64,000 bases of DNA from a virus. The notes under the pieces were generated by a model that had not been told where the DNA came from, made no database searches, and saw only the letters and a list, made by a program, of their open reading frames with translations. Both the position numbers and the translations under genes were made by a program. Below, piece after piece: positions 9,547 through 18,806 of the stretch. The stretch's first letter is position 1. The number at the start of each line of letters is the position of its first letter. The stretch lies in the IMG/VR virus record IMGVR_UViG_3300042878_001826, positions 1-64,000 of that record. One strand, 5' to 3'.

Positions 9547-10827
9547 ATGAGAATAAAGAGATACAATAGCTACGTTAACGAAAACTTACTTTTAAAAGAC
9601 GATCACTTAGAAGATGAACTTAAAAAGATGGGAGTTGAAGGAGAAGAATTAGAAAAACAAGTTGACTTAGCAAAAAAAGGAGAACTTGGTACTTACCTAA
9701 TCGAAAACGGTAAAGAATTCACGTTTGGAATGCTGAACGCAATATTCAGAGACGCAAAAGAAGCAAAGATTGGTCAAGATACTAAAAAAGCACTTTGGGC
9801 TGCACTTCCTAGAGCAATACCTATGGCTTTAGCACCTTTCTTTCCTATAATGGCAATTGTTGGTTTAATATTTGGTAGTACAAGATTATTCAATAAAATA
9901 ACTAAACCAATATTTAATAATTTAGATCCTGATTCTAAATACACAGACTTTCTTAAAAGCTTTATAAAAACTGTAGTTAAAATACCAGAAGGTGAAGTAG
10001 AAGTAGAAGATAGATTTACAAGAGCTTTCGTTGTAGAAGATAGATTAATCGAAGCTTTAAAACCTGAGGTTATTGATGCGTTCACAAACTATTTGAGTAA
10101 TAAGATGGAGACAGAGCCAGCAGATAAGCCGGTTCCAGACAATTATATTGAGAATGAACTAAAGAAATATCTAAACGACACCTTTGATGTTACTCCAGAA
10201 ATACCTTTAAAAGAACAAAAATATATTAAATTATTTGAGAAATTCGGTTCAGTTAGATTTGTTAGGTTCAGCCATACTGAGATACCAGAAGGAGAACTAA
10301 CTCCAACTTTAAGACGTAAGTATCAAGAAATAGACGAAGATACTGAAGGTGTTTATGAGTGGACAAAAAAGCTTGTTGAGAATGGATTCCCAGACAATAA
10401 AGTAGCCATTCATTTCATGACAGACGATACTGCCACAAGAGAGGCATTCAGAGCTAAGTTATACGGCCAATATAAATATGAGATTGAATTGAAAGATGCT
10501 AATCAAAAAATAGGCTGGACATTCATGTGGCCTATAAACGAATGGTTCTACAAGACAAATTACTATTTAGGAAACGGTGGTAGAATGGAACCTAAATGTG
10601 TAGAAGGAAAAGAAGCTTTATCTATGCTCGATTCCAAGATTGGTCATTTAAAAAGTATCAGCTATGATGATTTGACCACAGAAGATTGTGGTGAAATGGC
10701 AAAGACACTTTTAGAATCTGGACTAATTGGATTTGGTACAATGAATGATTTAATGAGTTCTAAACTATACAATAAAGAAAATCTCTTTGTTTGGACTTCA
10801 AATACCGTTGTTGTTAAGTCTTATTAA
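9547..10827 (+). CDS. Putative virion internal protein with two capsid-targeting-like peptides
   Basis: MRIKRYNSYVNE N-terminus, internal LKEQKYIKLFEKF; TAATATATA at 9515. Confidence 0.6.
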   Translation: MRIKRYNSYVNENLLLKDDHLEDELKKMGVEGEELEKQVDLAKKGELGTYLIENGKEFTFGMLNAIFRDAKEAKIGQDTKKALWAALPRAIPMALAPFFPIMAIVGLIFGSTRLFNKITKPIFNNLDPDSKYTDFLKSFIKTVVKIPEGEVEVEDRFTRAFVVEDRLIEALKPEVIDAFTNYLSNKMETEPADKPVPDNYIENELKKYLNDTFDVTPEIPLKEQKYIKLFEKFGSVRFVRFSHTEIPEGELTPTLRRKYQEIDEDTEGVYEWTKKLVENGFPDNKVAIHFMTDDTATREAFRAKLYGQYKYEIELKDANQKIGWTFMWPINEWFYKTNYYLGNGGRMEPKCVEGKEALSMLDSKIGHLKSISYDDLTTEDCGEMAKTLLESGLIGFGTMNDLMSSKLYNKENLFVWTSNTVVVKSY

Positions 10828-10886
10828 ATCTCAGAAAGTAAACAAAAAAGATTTTTTGATATATATAAACAAAAAATCGAAATTCA

Positions 10887-12731
10887 ATGTCAGTTGATAA
10901 AAAGTTCAAAAAGCTAGACGACATCTCGCACGTTATTCTTAGACCTGGTATGTATATCGGCTCTATCAAACCTCATACGGCCAACAAATGGATCGTGGAA
11001 GAAGGAAAGATGACACAACGAGAGATTACATATAACCCAGGATTCCTAAAGATATTCGATGAGATTGTTACGAACTCTGTCGATGAAAGTAAAAGAGAAG
11101 GCTCTAAATTAAACACCATAAAAGTAGACTTAGATAGAAAGAAAAACAAAGTCACTATCTGGGACAACGGTGGTATTCCTGTCGTAAAGAACACAGAACA
11201 CGATGAGTGGATTCCAGAGATGGTTTTCTCAAACCTAAAAGCAGGTTCTAACTTCGACGACACTGAAGAAAGGTCTTGGGCAGGAACGAATGGTGTTGGT
11301 TCTACACTTACAAACATTTACTCAAAAGAGTTTAAAATATCTACTTGTGATGGTAAGAATAGTTTTACACAAACTTTCTCTAATAACATGAGAGACCGTA
11401 CTCAACCAGTAGTAAAGAAAGCAAAAGCAAATCATACAGAAATATCCTACATAACAGACTTAGAGAAGTTTGGACTTACTGATATAGACGATGACCACTA
11501 CAAAATGATTGAGAAAAGAATCTATGATATTGCAGCTTGTAATACAGGATTGAAGATTTATTTCAATGGTGATTTAATAAACATAAACACATTCGAAGAC
11601 TATATCAAACTTTATACACAAGAATACTTCTACGAATTTAAGAAAGATAAAACCTGGTCATTAGGTATTGCTCTTTCACAAAACGGATTCCAGCAAGTAA
11701 GTTTCGCAAATACTACCGAGACTTATGATGGGGGAACACACGTAGACTATGTGATGAATCAAATCATAGTAAGTCTTAGAGAGTTCTTCTTAAAGAAACA
11801 TAAAGTAGATATCAAACCATCTGAATTAAAACAACATATGTTCTTATTCTTAGATGCAACGGTAATCAATCCTTCATTCTCATCTCAGACTAAAGAAAAA
11901 CTTATCACTGAGGTAAAAGAGTTTGGAACTACATTCGAAGTAAGTGCTAAACTTATACAGTCAATCTTAAAGTCAGAGATAGTAAACTCTATCTTAGATT
12001 GGATTCAACAAAAGAAGAATGCAGAGGATAGCAAACTTCAAAGAGATCTTAATAAGAAACTTACAAAGATTAAAGTTGAGAAACTTATCGATGCTAAAGG
12101 TAAAGACAGATGGAAGTATTCTATTGGATTGTTTGAGGGAGACTCTGCAATCTCTGCATTTAGAAAGTATAGAACACCAGAAACAATGGGTGCCTTCGCA
12201 CTTAAAGGAAAGTTTGTCAATGTATCTGAAATCACAAATCAAAAGCTGGTTCAGAATGATGAGGCAGTAAACTTAATGGCCTCTATTGGATTGAAACTTG
12301 GACAAGAGATAGATGTTAGAAATCTTAGATATGGTCGAGTTCTTATATTCACTGATGCTGATATGGATGGTAATGCAATTTCTGCTCTTTTGATAAACTT
12401 CTTCTACAAATACTGGCCGGATATGTTTGAGCGTAAGATGATTTATAAAGTAGAGACTCCAATCGTTGTTGCAATACCAAAAGCTAAGACAAAGAAGAAA
12501 GTTCTTTTCTATACACAGAACGAATACAATATTTGGGCTGAACAAAACGACCTAAAACAATTCGAGATAAAGTATAAGAAAGGATTGGCAGCACTTGTCG
12601 ATGATGAGTATGATGATATTATCAACAGACCTAGACTTACTCTAATAACAAAAGACGAAGCATCAAAAGGATCTTTAGAAACTTGGTTTGGTAAAAGTGC
12701 AGATTTAAGAAAGAACGAGTTGTTGAAATGA
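10887..12731 (+). CDS. Type IIA DNA topoisomerase, ATPase/TOPRIM subunit (T4 gp39+gp60-like)
   Basis: HVILRPGMYIG, EIVTNSVDE, DNGGIP, GTNGVG, EGDSA, DADMDG. Confidence 0.95.
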   Translation: MSVDKKFKKLDDISHVILRPGMYIGSIKPHTANKWIVEEGKMTQREITYNPGFLKIFDEIVTNSVDESKREGSKLNTIKVDLDRKKNKVTIWDNGGIPVVKNTEHDEWIPEMVFSNLKAGSNFDDTEERSWAGTNGVGSTLTNIYSKEFKISTCDGKNSFTQTFSNNMRDRTQPVVKKAKANHTEISYITDLEKFGLTDIDDDHYKMIEKRIYDIAACNTGLKIYFNGDLININTFEDYIKLYTQEYFYEFKKDKTWSLGIALSQNGFQQVSFANTTETYDGGTHVDYVMNQIIVSLREFFLKKHKVDIKPSELKQHMFLFLDATVINPSFSSQTKEKLITEVKEFGTTFEVSAKLIQSILKSEIVNSILDWIQQKKNAEDSKLQRDLNKKLTKIKVEKLIDAKGKDRWKYSIGLFEGDSAISAFRKYRTPETMGAFALKGKFVNVSEITNQKLVQNDEAVNLMASIGLKLGQEIDVRNLRYGRVLIFTDADMDGNAISALLINFFYKYWPDMFERKMIYKVETPIVVAIPKAKTKKKVLFYTQNEYNIWAEQNDLKQFEIKYKKGLAALVDDEYDDIINRPRLTLITKDEASKGSLETWFGKSADLRKNELLK

Positions 12732-12901
12732 TAGTAGTAACAGACAAGAAGGAAAGAGAAGACGACGTAAAGGTCGCCGATGGATATATTTCTTTGTCTG
12801 ACTTCAACAAGATGATAAAATCACAGAATAGCAGATTCAATGCTACTATGAGAAGGATGAAGATTCAAAGAGTAATCGAAAAGATTTTTGATACCAAATA
12901 G
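12728..12901 (+). CDS. 57-aa hypothetical protein with tag-like end (not in ORF track)
   Basis: ATGA overlap with topoisomerase stop; ends RRMKIQRVIEKIFDTK. Confidence 0.6.
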   Translation: MIVVTDKKEREDDVKVADGYISLSDFNKMIKSQNSRFNATMRRMKIQRVIEKIFDTK

Positions 12902-12909
12902 TTTTTCCG

Positions 12910-12917
12910 TATCTTTG
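12910..12917 (+). promoter_or_regulatory. Bacteroidota sigma-A type -7 element (TATCTTTG)
   Basis: TAnnTTTG match 5 nt before ATG at 12923. Confidence 0.7.
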
Positions 12918-12922
12918 CTTCT

Positions 12923-13237
12923 ATGAGAGATCGTGCGTATCGCAGATATATAGAAGAAAAAAAAGTCATAAGACGACTTAGTAATATCCGTGGGTATTGG
13001 TATCGATTTACCGATGCCAACGGTTTATACACAGTTGCACCTACTCTCGCAGACTTTATTGGAACAGAAAACAGCTTTAGATATAAGACCCACACAACTA
13101 CTAAATGGGATTCTAAATACAAAGAAAAGTATTCTTCTAACAAAACTACTGGCTGGAGGAACAAAGGACAGCTAAGAACAAGAGAAGAGAATAAACTTTT
13201 ACTGTTTAATATTTTAAAAGAATATGGAATTAAGTAA
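12923..13237 (+). CDS. Basic hypothetical protein
   Basis: ORF following promoter element. Confidence 0.65.
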   Translation: MRDRAYRRYIEEKKVIRRLSNIRGYWYRFTDANGLYTVAPTLADFIGTENSFRYKTHTTTKWDSKYKEKYSSNKTTGWRNKGQLRTREENKLLLFNILKEYGIK

Positions 13238-13748
13238 TCTGATACCGGATGGCTCTGATGCTTGGAAAGTCGGTAAGAACCAACTAACATACAAAAAGTA
13301 TGTCAATATTCCTATTTGTTATATCGAAGATGATGCAGTCTATGTTTTTTTAGACAAAAGAATAGTCAAACCCGTGTTGAAGATTACCAAAAGACTCGTA
13401 GAGCTTGACGTAGAGTTTTATTTTACTACACCTGAGTTTTCTAATCCAAAAGGTGTTGAAGACCATAAGAACGCAATAATACATCACTATTTTAGATCCT
13501 ACATACAAAAAGAGTTCTTCAAAGGATTCGAAGCGATGCAATTTGATCTTATACACAACATGACTAAATGGTGTACTAAAGAAGAATGCATTCCTTTGAT
13601 AAAAGAAAACTACGAAATAGTTAAAAAGATTGTCAATAGACAAGACTATGACTATTATACCAGTACAAAAAAATACGAATATCCACAAGATATAAGAGAC
13701 GATTTTGATAGAGTTTATAGAGAGATTCAGATAAACCAGATACTATAA
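13224..13748 (+). CDS. Hypothetical protein with C-terminal tag
   Basis: Ends REIQINQIL. Confidence 0.7.
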   Translation: MELSNLIPDGSDAWKVGKNQLTYKKYVNIPICYIEDDAVYVFLDKRIVKPVLKITKRLVELDVEFYFTTPEFSNPKGVEDHKNAIIHHYFRSYIQKEFFKGFEAMQFDLIHNMTKWCTKEECIPLIKENYEIVKKIVNRQDYDYYTSTKKYEYPQDIRDDFDRVYREIQINQIL

Positions 13749-13812
13749 ATATATTATATTTCAAAACATAACAGCGATTTTTTTCTATATAATAAAAAAT
13801 AATAACTGCTAT

Positions 13813-14787
13813 ATGTTAGTTGACCTTATCATCGATGGGAATTATATTTTAAGCAAACTGGTTTTTACATTACATAAGAATAATCTACTTTTTGGTGCAT
13901 TACACAAGTCCCTAGAAAATACTATAAGTAACTACCGCAAATGGTATCCATTTGCCAATATTTACTTAGTTTCCGACTCTAAAGAAAAATCTTGGAGAAA
14001 ACAATACACAAGTGCATACAAAGCCACTCGAAAAAAAGACACCGACATTGACTGGAACTTCGTCTACGAAACCTATGGTGATTTCAAAAAAGGAATCGCA
14101 GCAGGTACTAAAGTATTAGAAGCACCTCACGTTGAAGGTGATGACTGGATTTCTTTCTTAGTTGAAAGAGCTAATAAAGAATCTCGTTCTACAATCATAG
14201 TTTCTAATGACTATGATATCAAACAAATAGTAAACTATGGTTTAGACCCTCTTTACATAAACATCATGTCTAACGAGATGTTCAACAAAGAGAAATTGTT
14301 TCTTCCTCAGAACTATCAAATATTCTTGAACAAAGTATCTAAGCTTCCAAACGACGATATCTTTGAACTGAACGACAATACAGAGTTTTTAGCTCTTATG
14401 GATAGATTCATAACTAAATATGAACTAAACGAGATAAACCCTATCGAATCTCTTATGATAAAGATTATATCTGGAGATCAAAGTGATAACATCTCTTCTG
14501 TTTGGAATGTAACTAAAAACGGTAAGACCAGAGGTATTGGCTCTAAAGGTGCCAAAGGAATCTATGACTCTTATATCGAAGAATTCGGTGAAGTAAACTT
14601 AGCTGATCCAGACTTACACGAAAACATCGCGGATTTAATCTGTGAGAAGAAAAAGTTGAGCAAGTCCAAGATTGAAGAAATCGTAGAGAACATAAAAGGA
14701 AACTTCAAGCTTATCGATTTGAGACTTCACAATCTTCCAGACGAGATTATCGAAAAGATGGAGACCGGGTATGAGAACGTTGGATAA
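13813..14787 (+). CDS. rnh: 5'-3' exonuclease / T4 RNase H-like flap endonuclease
   Basis: IIDGN, SWRK..YKATRK, EGDD, SNDYD, GDQSDNI..GIG.KGA. Confidence 0.85.
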   Translation: MLVDLIIDGNYILSKLVFTLHKNNLLFGALHKSLENTISNYRKWYPFANIYLVSDSKEKSWRKQYTSAYKATRKKDTDIDWNFVYETYGDFKKGIAAGTKVLEAPHVEGDDWISFLVERANKESRSTIIVSNDYDIKQIVNYGLDPLYINIMSNEMFNKEKLFLPQNYQIFLNKVSKLPNDDIFELNDNTEFLALMDRFITKYELNEINPIESLMIKIISGDQSDNISSVWNVTKNGKTRGIGSKGAKGIYDSYIEEFGEVNLADPDLHENIADLICEKKKLSKSKIEEIVENIKGNFKLIDLRLHNLPDEIIEKMETGYENVG

Positions 14788-15190
14788 CACAAAACTTAAA
14801 GAATATGAAAAGAAGTGGACTCCTGTAATAGAAAGAGTCTTCTCTTCATTGAAGAATCGTTCTATACTAAGAATGATCTGCTACTATAGTGAGTGGGTTT
14901 CTTCAGATACTGAACAGGATAAAACAGGAGTACCTAAGATACTTTCTAATTTAAAAGAAAAATTAGAGAGCTTTGATAGAATAGAGGTAGAGTGTAAAGT
15001 CTACAATCCGGCGACTGGTATATTCGAGTTCAAACTGAAGAACGGTAAGTACGTTCCAATAGATACAGAGTTTGAATATAAACTTTCCGATGATGAGATG
15101 ATAGAATTATTTGGAATAGACTTCTTGTCTAAGGTAGACAGAGTTTGGTCAAGAGAATACACACTTAATAACCTGCTTAACAATGGCTGA
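14771..15190 (+). CDS. Hypothetical protein with C-terminal tag
   Basis: EKKWTPVIE N-region; ends REYTLNNLLNNG. Confidence 0.65.
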   Translation: MRTLDNTKLKEYEKKWTPVIERVFSSLKNRSILRMICYYSEWVSSDTEQDKTGVPKILSNLKEKLESFDRIEVECKVYNPATGIFEFKLKNGKYVPIDTEFEYKLSDDEMIELFGIDFLSKVDRVWSREYTLNNLLNNG

Positions 15191-15593
15191 AATAATAGAT
15201 GTCGCCAACGCGATATTCAAATTCAAAAACGACTGGATATATACAAACGATAAAAAGAAAGTAAACGATGAAGATAAAGAGAAGTTCTTCTTTATCTTCA
15301 ATCGATACTTTTCTAAAAAATATCCTCAAAAAGCACAACTTTTAAACTTAAAAACGATAGATAAAGCAACTGCTATGGATCTTTGGTTTCATTTTATGAA
15401 AACTCAACCATATCCAGATTGGTTCTGGTCGAAAAGTCCTAAACAGGAAAAAGATATGCCAGAAAAAGAATACAAGCAACTTCTTAGACATTTCGCAATA
15501 AAAGAGTCAGACTTAGATTATCTGATTGATAAATATCCAGATTTTATAAAAGAAGAACAAACTTACTTAAAGAAGTTAGAAAAAGGAAACTAA
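15183..15593 (+). CDS. Hypothetical protein, weak resemblance to T4 gp62 clamp-loader small subunit
   Basis: FFIFNRYFS..N and W.K motifs with similar size; tentative. Confidence 0.35.
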   Translation: MAEIIDVANAIFKFKNDWIYTNDKKKVNDEDKEKFFFIFNRYFSKKYPQKAQLLNLKTIDKATAMDLWFHFMKTQPYPDWFWSKSPKQEKDMPEKEYKQLLRHFAIKESDLDYLIDKYPDFIKEEQTYLKKLEKGN

Positions 15594-15609
15594 AAAACAA
15601 CAAACGAAT

Positions 15610-16161
15610 ATGAAAATAGTTGAAAGAGAGTCCACATTAAAGTGGTACGTACTAAGAGCACAAAGCAACAGAGAAAAATCTGTTTCTGAAAAGCTAATCA
15701 AAGAAGGAGAAGTAGGAGACCTTATGGGTAAACTTGGAAGAGTCATCGTTCCTATTGAAAACTCATTCTATTTGAAAAACGGAAAGAAAGTAAAAAGAGA
15801 GAAGATTAAATTCCCTGGATATATCTTTATCGAGACCAACGCAATCGGAGAACTTAAATATTTCTTAAAAGGACTTAACGGTGCTCAAGGATTCTTGACA
15901 AGTAGAGCAGGAGACATACTTCCACTTACACAGTTAGAAGTTGATAGAATGATTGGTGAACAACAAAGAGTAAAAGAAGAAGTCGAAGTTGAAGTAAGAT
16001 TCATCGTTGGAGAAGAAGTTCAGATATTAGATGGACCTTTCAATACTTTCACTGGAAAGATTGAGCAAGTAAGCGGAGAAAAAGTAAAAGTTGCTGTTTC
16101 TGTATTTGGTAGAATCACTTTAATCGAGCTTGGAATAAACCAGATCGACAAAAAAGCATAA
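15610..16161 (+). CDS. nusG: Transcription elongation/antitermination factor NusG
   Basis: WYVLRAQSNREK, FPGYIF, KOW GEEVQILDGPFNTFTG, VSVFGRIT. Confidence 0.93.
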   Translation: MKIVERESTLKWYVLRAQSNREKSVSEKLIKEGEVGDLMGKLGRVIVPIENSFYLKNGKKVKREKIKFPGYIFIETNAIGELKYFLKGLNGAQGFLTSRAGDILPLTQLEVDRMIGEQQRVKEEVEVEVRFIVGEEVQILDGPFNTFTGKIEQVSGEKVKVAVSVFGRITLIELGINQIDKKA

Positions 16162-16361
16162 TGAATGATAGCCAACACCAAAAGAATCTTTATGAAAAGA
16201 TACTTCAATCGTCTGCGTACATAAACAAAGTCGCAAAAAGTGGTGCTGGCAATTATATCATTACCTCAAAGCAAGTCTCTGATATGATTTCTGAGATAAT
16301 GACGGAAAGAGTTGAGGCCAGAAAGAAAAAGATAATAAAGATACTATCATGGAACAAGTAG
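16161..16361 (+). CDS. Mini-protein: major-capsid-like fragment plus C-terminal tag
   Basis: KSGAGNYIITSKQVS resembles the gp23 RGxGNFIIxSxxV motif; ends RKKKIIKILS. Confidence 0.55.
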   Translation: MNDSQHQKNLYEKILQSSAYINKVAKSGAGNYIITSKQVSDMISEIMTERVEARKKKIIKILSWNK

Positions 16362-16531
16362 GCGACAGAATCATACTTGAAGGAGTTCTTCAGCAGTTTG
16401 ATAGGCTCGGCTCAAATGGTCGAATCTATCCAGAAACATATCATGCAGAAGCATATGAAAGGCTTATCAAAAGACTGATTCCTGATAAAAGGATGGAAAA
16501 GATAAATTCATTGAGAAACTCATGGAAGTAG
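16349..16531 (+). CDS. Mini-protein: prohead-protease-like fragment plus C-terminal tag
   Basis: LEGVLQQFD..SNGRIYP resembles the gp21 N-terminal motif; ends RMEKINSL. Confidence 0.6.
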   Translation: MEQVGDRIILEGVLQQFDRLGSNGRIYPETYHAEAYERLIKRLIPDKRMEKINSLRNSWK

Positions 16532-16677
16532 AAAAGGTAAAGGAAATTATGAACAAGATGGGTTCTATGATAAATAGTGGTCAGCCTATGTTTTCCAAAG
16601 AATATCTGATGAGAATGCTTGGCTTGAAAAAGAATGATTTAAGAATGAATAAGATAAACAAAATGTTCAATGAATAA
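16522..16677 (+). CDS. 51-aa mini-protein: portal-like fragment plus tag (not in ORF track)
   Basis: Manual translation ..GQPMFSKEYLMRMLGLKKNDLRMNKINKMFNE; fills the gap and overlaps both neighbours. Confidence 0.55.
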   Translation: MEVEKVKEIMNKMGSMINSGQPMFSKEYLMRMLGLKKNDLRMNKINKMFNE

Positions 16678-17089
16678 GCAAGAAAGATACGACAGAACTT
16701 ATTTGAATATGGCGAAGGAGTGGGCCAAGCTTTCTCATTGTACCAGAAAGCAGGTAGGTGCTCTTATAGTAAAGAATGGTATGATTATATCAGATGGATA
16801 TAACGGAACCGCAGCAGGTCAAGAAAACGCTTGTGAGCTTGATAATGGTGAGACTAAATGGGATGTTATCCACGGTGAAGCCAATGCCATTTTAAAGTGT
16901 GCTCGTCACGGACATTCTTGCGAAGGTGGAACTCTTTATCAAACACATTCTCCTTGTAGAGATTGTTCAAAACTTATTCTTCAATCTGGTATCAAAAAAC
17001 TTGTTTACGTAGAAGAATACAAAGACATAACTGGGTTAGACTTTCTAAGAGAAGCTGGTATTGAAATAGTAAAATATGATTGGCTTTGA
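16670..17089 (+). CDS. dCMP deaminase
   Basis: SHCTRKQVGA, GYNG, HGEANA, SPCRDC. Confidence 0.93.
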   Translation: MNKQERYDRTYLNMAKEWAKLSHCTRKQVGALIVKNGMIISDGYNGTAAGQENACELDNGETKWDVIHGEANAILKCARHGHSCEGGTLYQTHSPCRDCSKLILQSGIKKLVYVEEYKDITGLDFLREAGIEIVKYDWL

Positions 17090-17334
17090 ATAATTTAGGA
17101 GATAATTTTCTAAACGAGTTAGAAAAGCTAAGTGAATACTTTTCATATGAAATGGAAATTGATGAGGCGATGGCACCGGTATTCAAATTCAAACATAAAA
17201 GTACTAAAAAAGAATATTCATATAGGTTAAGTATGATTGATATAAAAAATTATGGTGGTCCTAGTGTGGTAAAAATGCTTGATGAATTGAAAAGTGAAAT
17301 AAGAGAAGATAAACTAAACGATTTAGGAATATGA
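17080..17334 (+). CDS. Hypothetical protein with C-terminal tag
   Basis: Ends REDKLNDLGI; TTG start uncertain. Confidence 0.65.
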   Translation: MALNNLGDNFLNELEKLSEYFSYEMEIDEAMAPVFKFKHKSTKKEYSYRLSMIDIKNYGGPSVVKMLDELKSEIREDKLNDLGI

Positions 17335-17780
17335 CACAAAGAGAATTTAACGTAGAGTTATTAAGAAAAGGTGAAATGATATGTAGAAATAGCCAATTCT
17401 GTAAAGTAAAAGATATTGGCGTACATAATCGTATGTTTGGTGCAGATCAAATGGCAGAGCTCGACTCTGTATGTGCGGTATTTGCGGCAGAGGTTTGTGA
17501 CACTCCTTGGATTGTAACTAAGACAATGAACGTAGAGTTTGTTAAAGCAATCTCTGCAAATCAAATCTATAAGACATATGTAGGTATTAAAAAGATTGGT
17601 AATACATCAATAACACTTACGGCAGAAATAAGAACACATTCTGTTGATACCGAAAAAGAAAGTATTGCATTAAAATGTGAGACAGTATTTGTAAGAATAA
17701 ACGAATATGATGAAGCGATTAAGATAAGCGACAATGTAAGGAATAAATATCCTGAACTAAGTATAAAAAAAGAGAGCTAA
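17331..17780 (+). CDS. Hotdog-fold acyl-CoA thioesterase (YciA-like)
   Basis: D...HNRMFG...AELD, VT..M.VEF, IGNTSI, VFVRI. Confidence 0.75.
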   Translation: MTQREFNVELLRKGEMICRNSQFCKVKDIGVHNRMFGADQMAELDSVCAVFAAEVCDTPWIVTKTMNVEFVKAISANQIYKTYVGIKKIGNTSITLTAEIRTHSVDTEKESIALKCETVFVRINEYDEAIKISDNVRNKYPELSIKKES

Positions 17781-17794
17781 TGCTCTCTTTTTTT
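17765..17794. terminator. Bidirectional intrinsic terminator
   Basis: aaaaagagagc-taat-gctctcttttt between convergent genes. Confidence 0.85.
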
Positions 17795-18434
17795 ATATTA
17801 TGGTAAGTCCCATTTTATTCTTTTCAAATATGGCATTGAGTTCTACCAGTTTTATCGGTTTAACTTCCCCACTATTCGTATTCGATCCTATCCAGCAATA
17901 AACCTTCTTTCCTATATACAAAACTTTGAAATAACTACTTGGTATTGTTATTCTAGAATTTGGAAGTGGCTTACACGTCGCGTCGTAGATAACTCCTGTT
18001 ATTATAGTAGCATTTGATTTGTACTTTAGAATAGAGTCTTCTACAGATGCTTCTAAACTTTTCCAGTTTCCTCTATTGAACTTAGCTAGTTGTGGTGCTT
18101 GATTGTATAGACTAAACGATCTGTGATTCAAAGTATCATCATAAGATGTTATATGAGAAGGAGTTAAGTGTCCTAAATCATATCCAGTTCCTTTATAAGC
18201 ACCTTTATCCATCTTCTTGTATTTGTCTTGAAACCAGTTATCATCACGATCTTTATCAAGTTTGAATTTAGAATAAGACACTGAATGTCTCGATACCATT
18301 GGAAGAGTATCGTTGCTTAAATAAAGAATCATATCTCCATGATTCAGAATAAGTTTGTTCTTGGTTGCTACAATCTGAGACATAAGAGTCGTAGAAAGCA
18401 ACGTCATTAGTAATAGTAGTATTGTTTTTTTCAT
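17793..18434 (-). CDS. Secreted DNA/RNA non-specific endonuclease (NucA/EndA family)
   Basis: Signal peptide; YDLGHLTP, NQAPQ..FNRGNW..LE, IPSSYFKV. Confidence 0.88.
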   Translation of the reverse strand: MKKTILLLLMTLLSTTLMSQIVATKNKLILNHGDMILYLSNDTLPMVSRHSVSYSKFKLDKDRDDNWFQDKYKKMDKGAYKGTGYDLGHLTPSHITSYDDTLNHRSFSLYNQAPQLAKFNRGNWKSLEASVEDSILKYKSNATIITGVIYDATCKPLPNSRITIPSSYFKVLYIGKKVYCWIGSNTNSGEVKPIKLVELNAIFEKNKMGLTII

Positions 18435-18462
18435 AGAGATATATATTTAATATCTCTATCTT

Positions 18463-18783
18463 CTATTGACCTTTTATCAACTTTATTATATCTAAATAAC
18501 CATCAATTTTGTTGTAGATAACAAACTCTAATGGTGTGTAGACGTTATTTTCGTGATTTCTTGGACCATACACTACCTCTACTGTTTCAGGATCTAAGCC
18601 ATTGACAAAACCCATTGGACATTTCTGAACCAATGGGGTATATACTTTTGAGTATCCAATAGGAATCATTCTATCATAGAAGTCGATGTCGTCAAACTTT
18701 TCTTCTAATCTAGAATCGACAAAGCCATAGTATCGCATCCATTCTGCTTCTATCTTCGCCAGTTTAAATATTTTTTCATTCAT
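18463..18783 (-). CDS. Hypothetical protein
   Basis: TATCTTTG at 18788-18795, 4 nt upstream. Confidence 0.7.
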   Translation of the reverse strand: MNEKIFKLAKIEAEWMRYYGFVDSRLEEKFDDIDFYDRMIPIGYSKVYTPLVQKCPMGFVNGLDPETVEVVYGPRNHENNVYTPLEFVIYNKIDGYLDIIKLIKGQ

Positions 18784-18806
18784 ACCACAAAGATATGTAA
18801 ATAAAT

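Noticed and set aside
16161-16677. A single frameshifted structural pseudogene
   Set aside because: The three pieces resemble three different proteins, and each has its own start, tag and coupled stop
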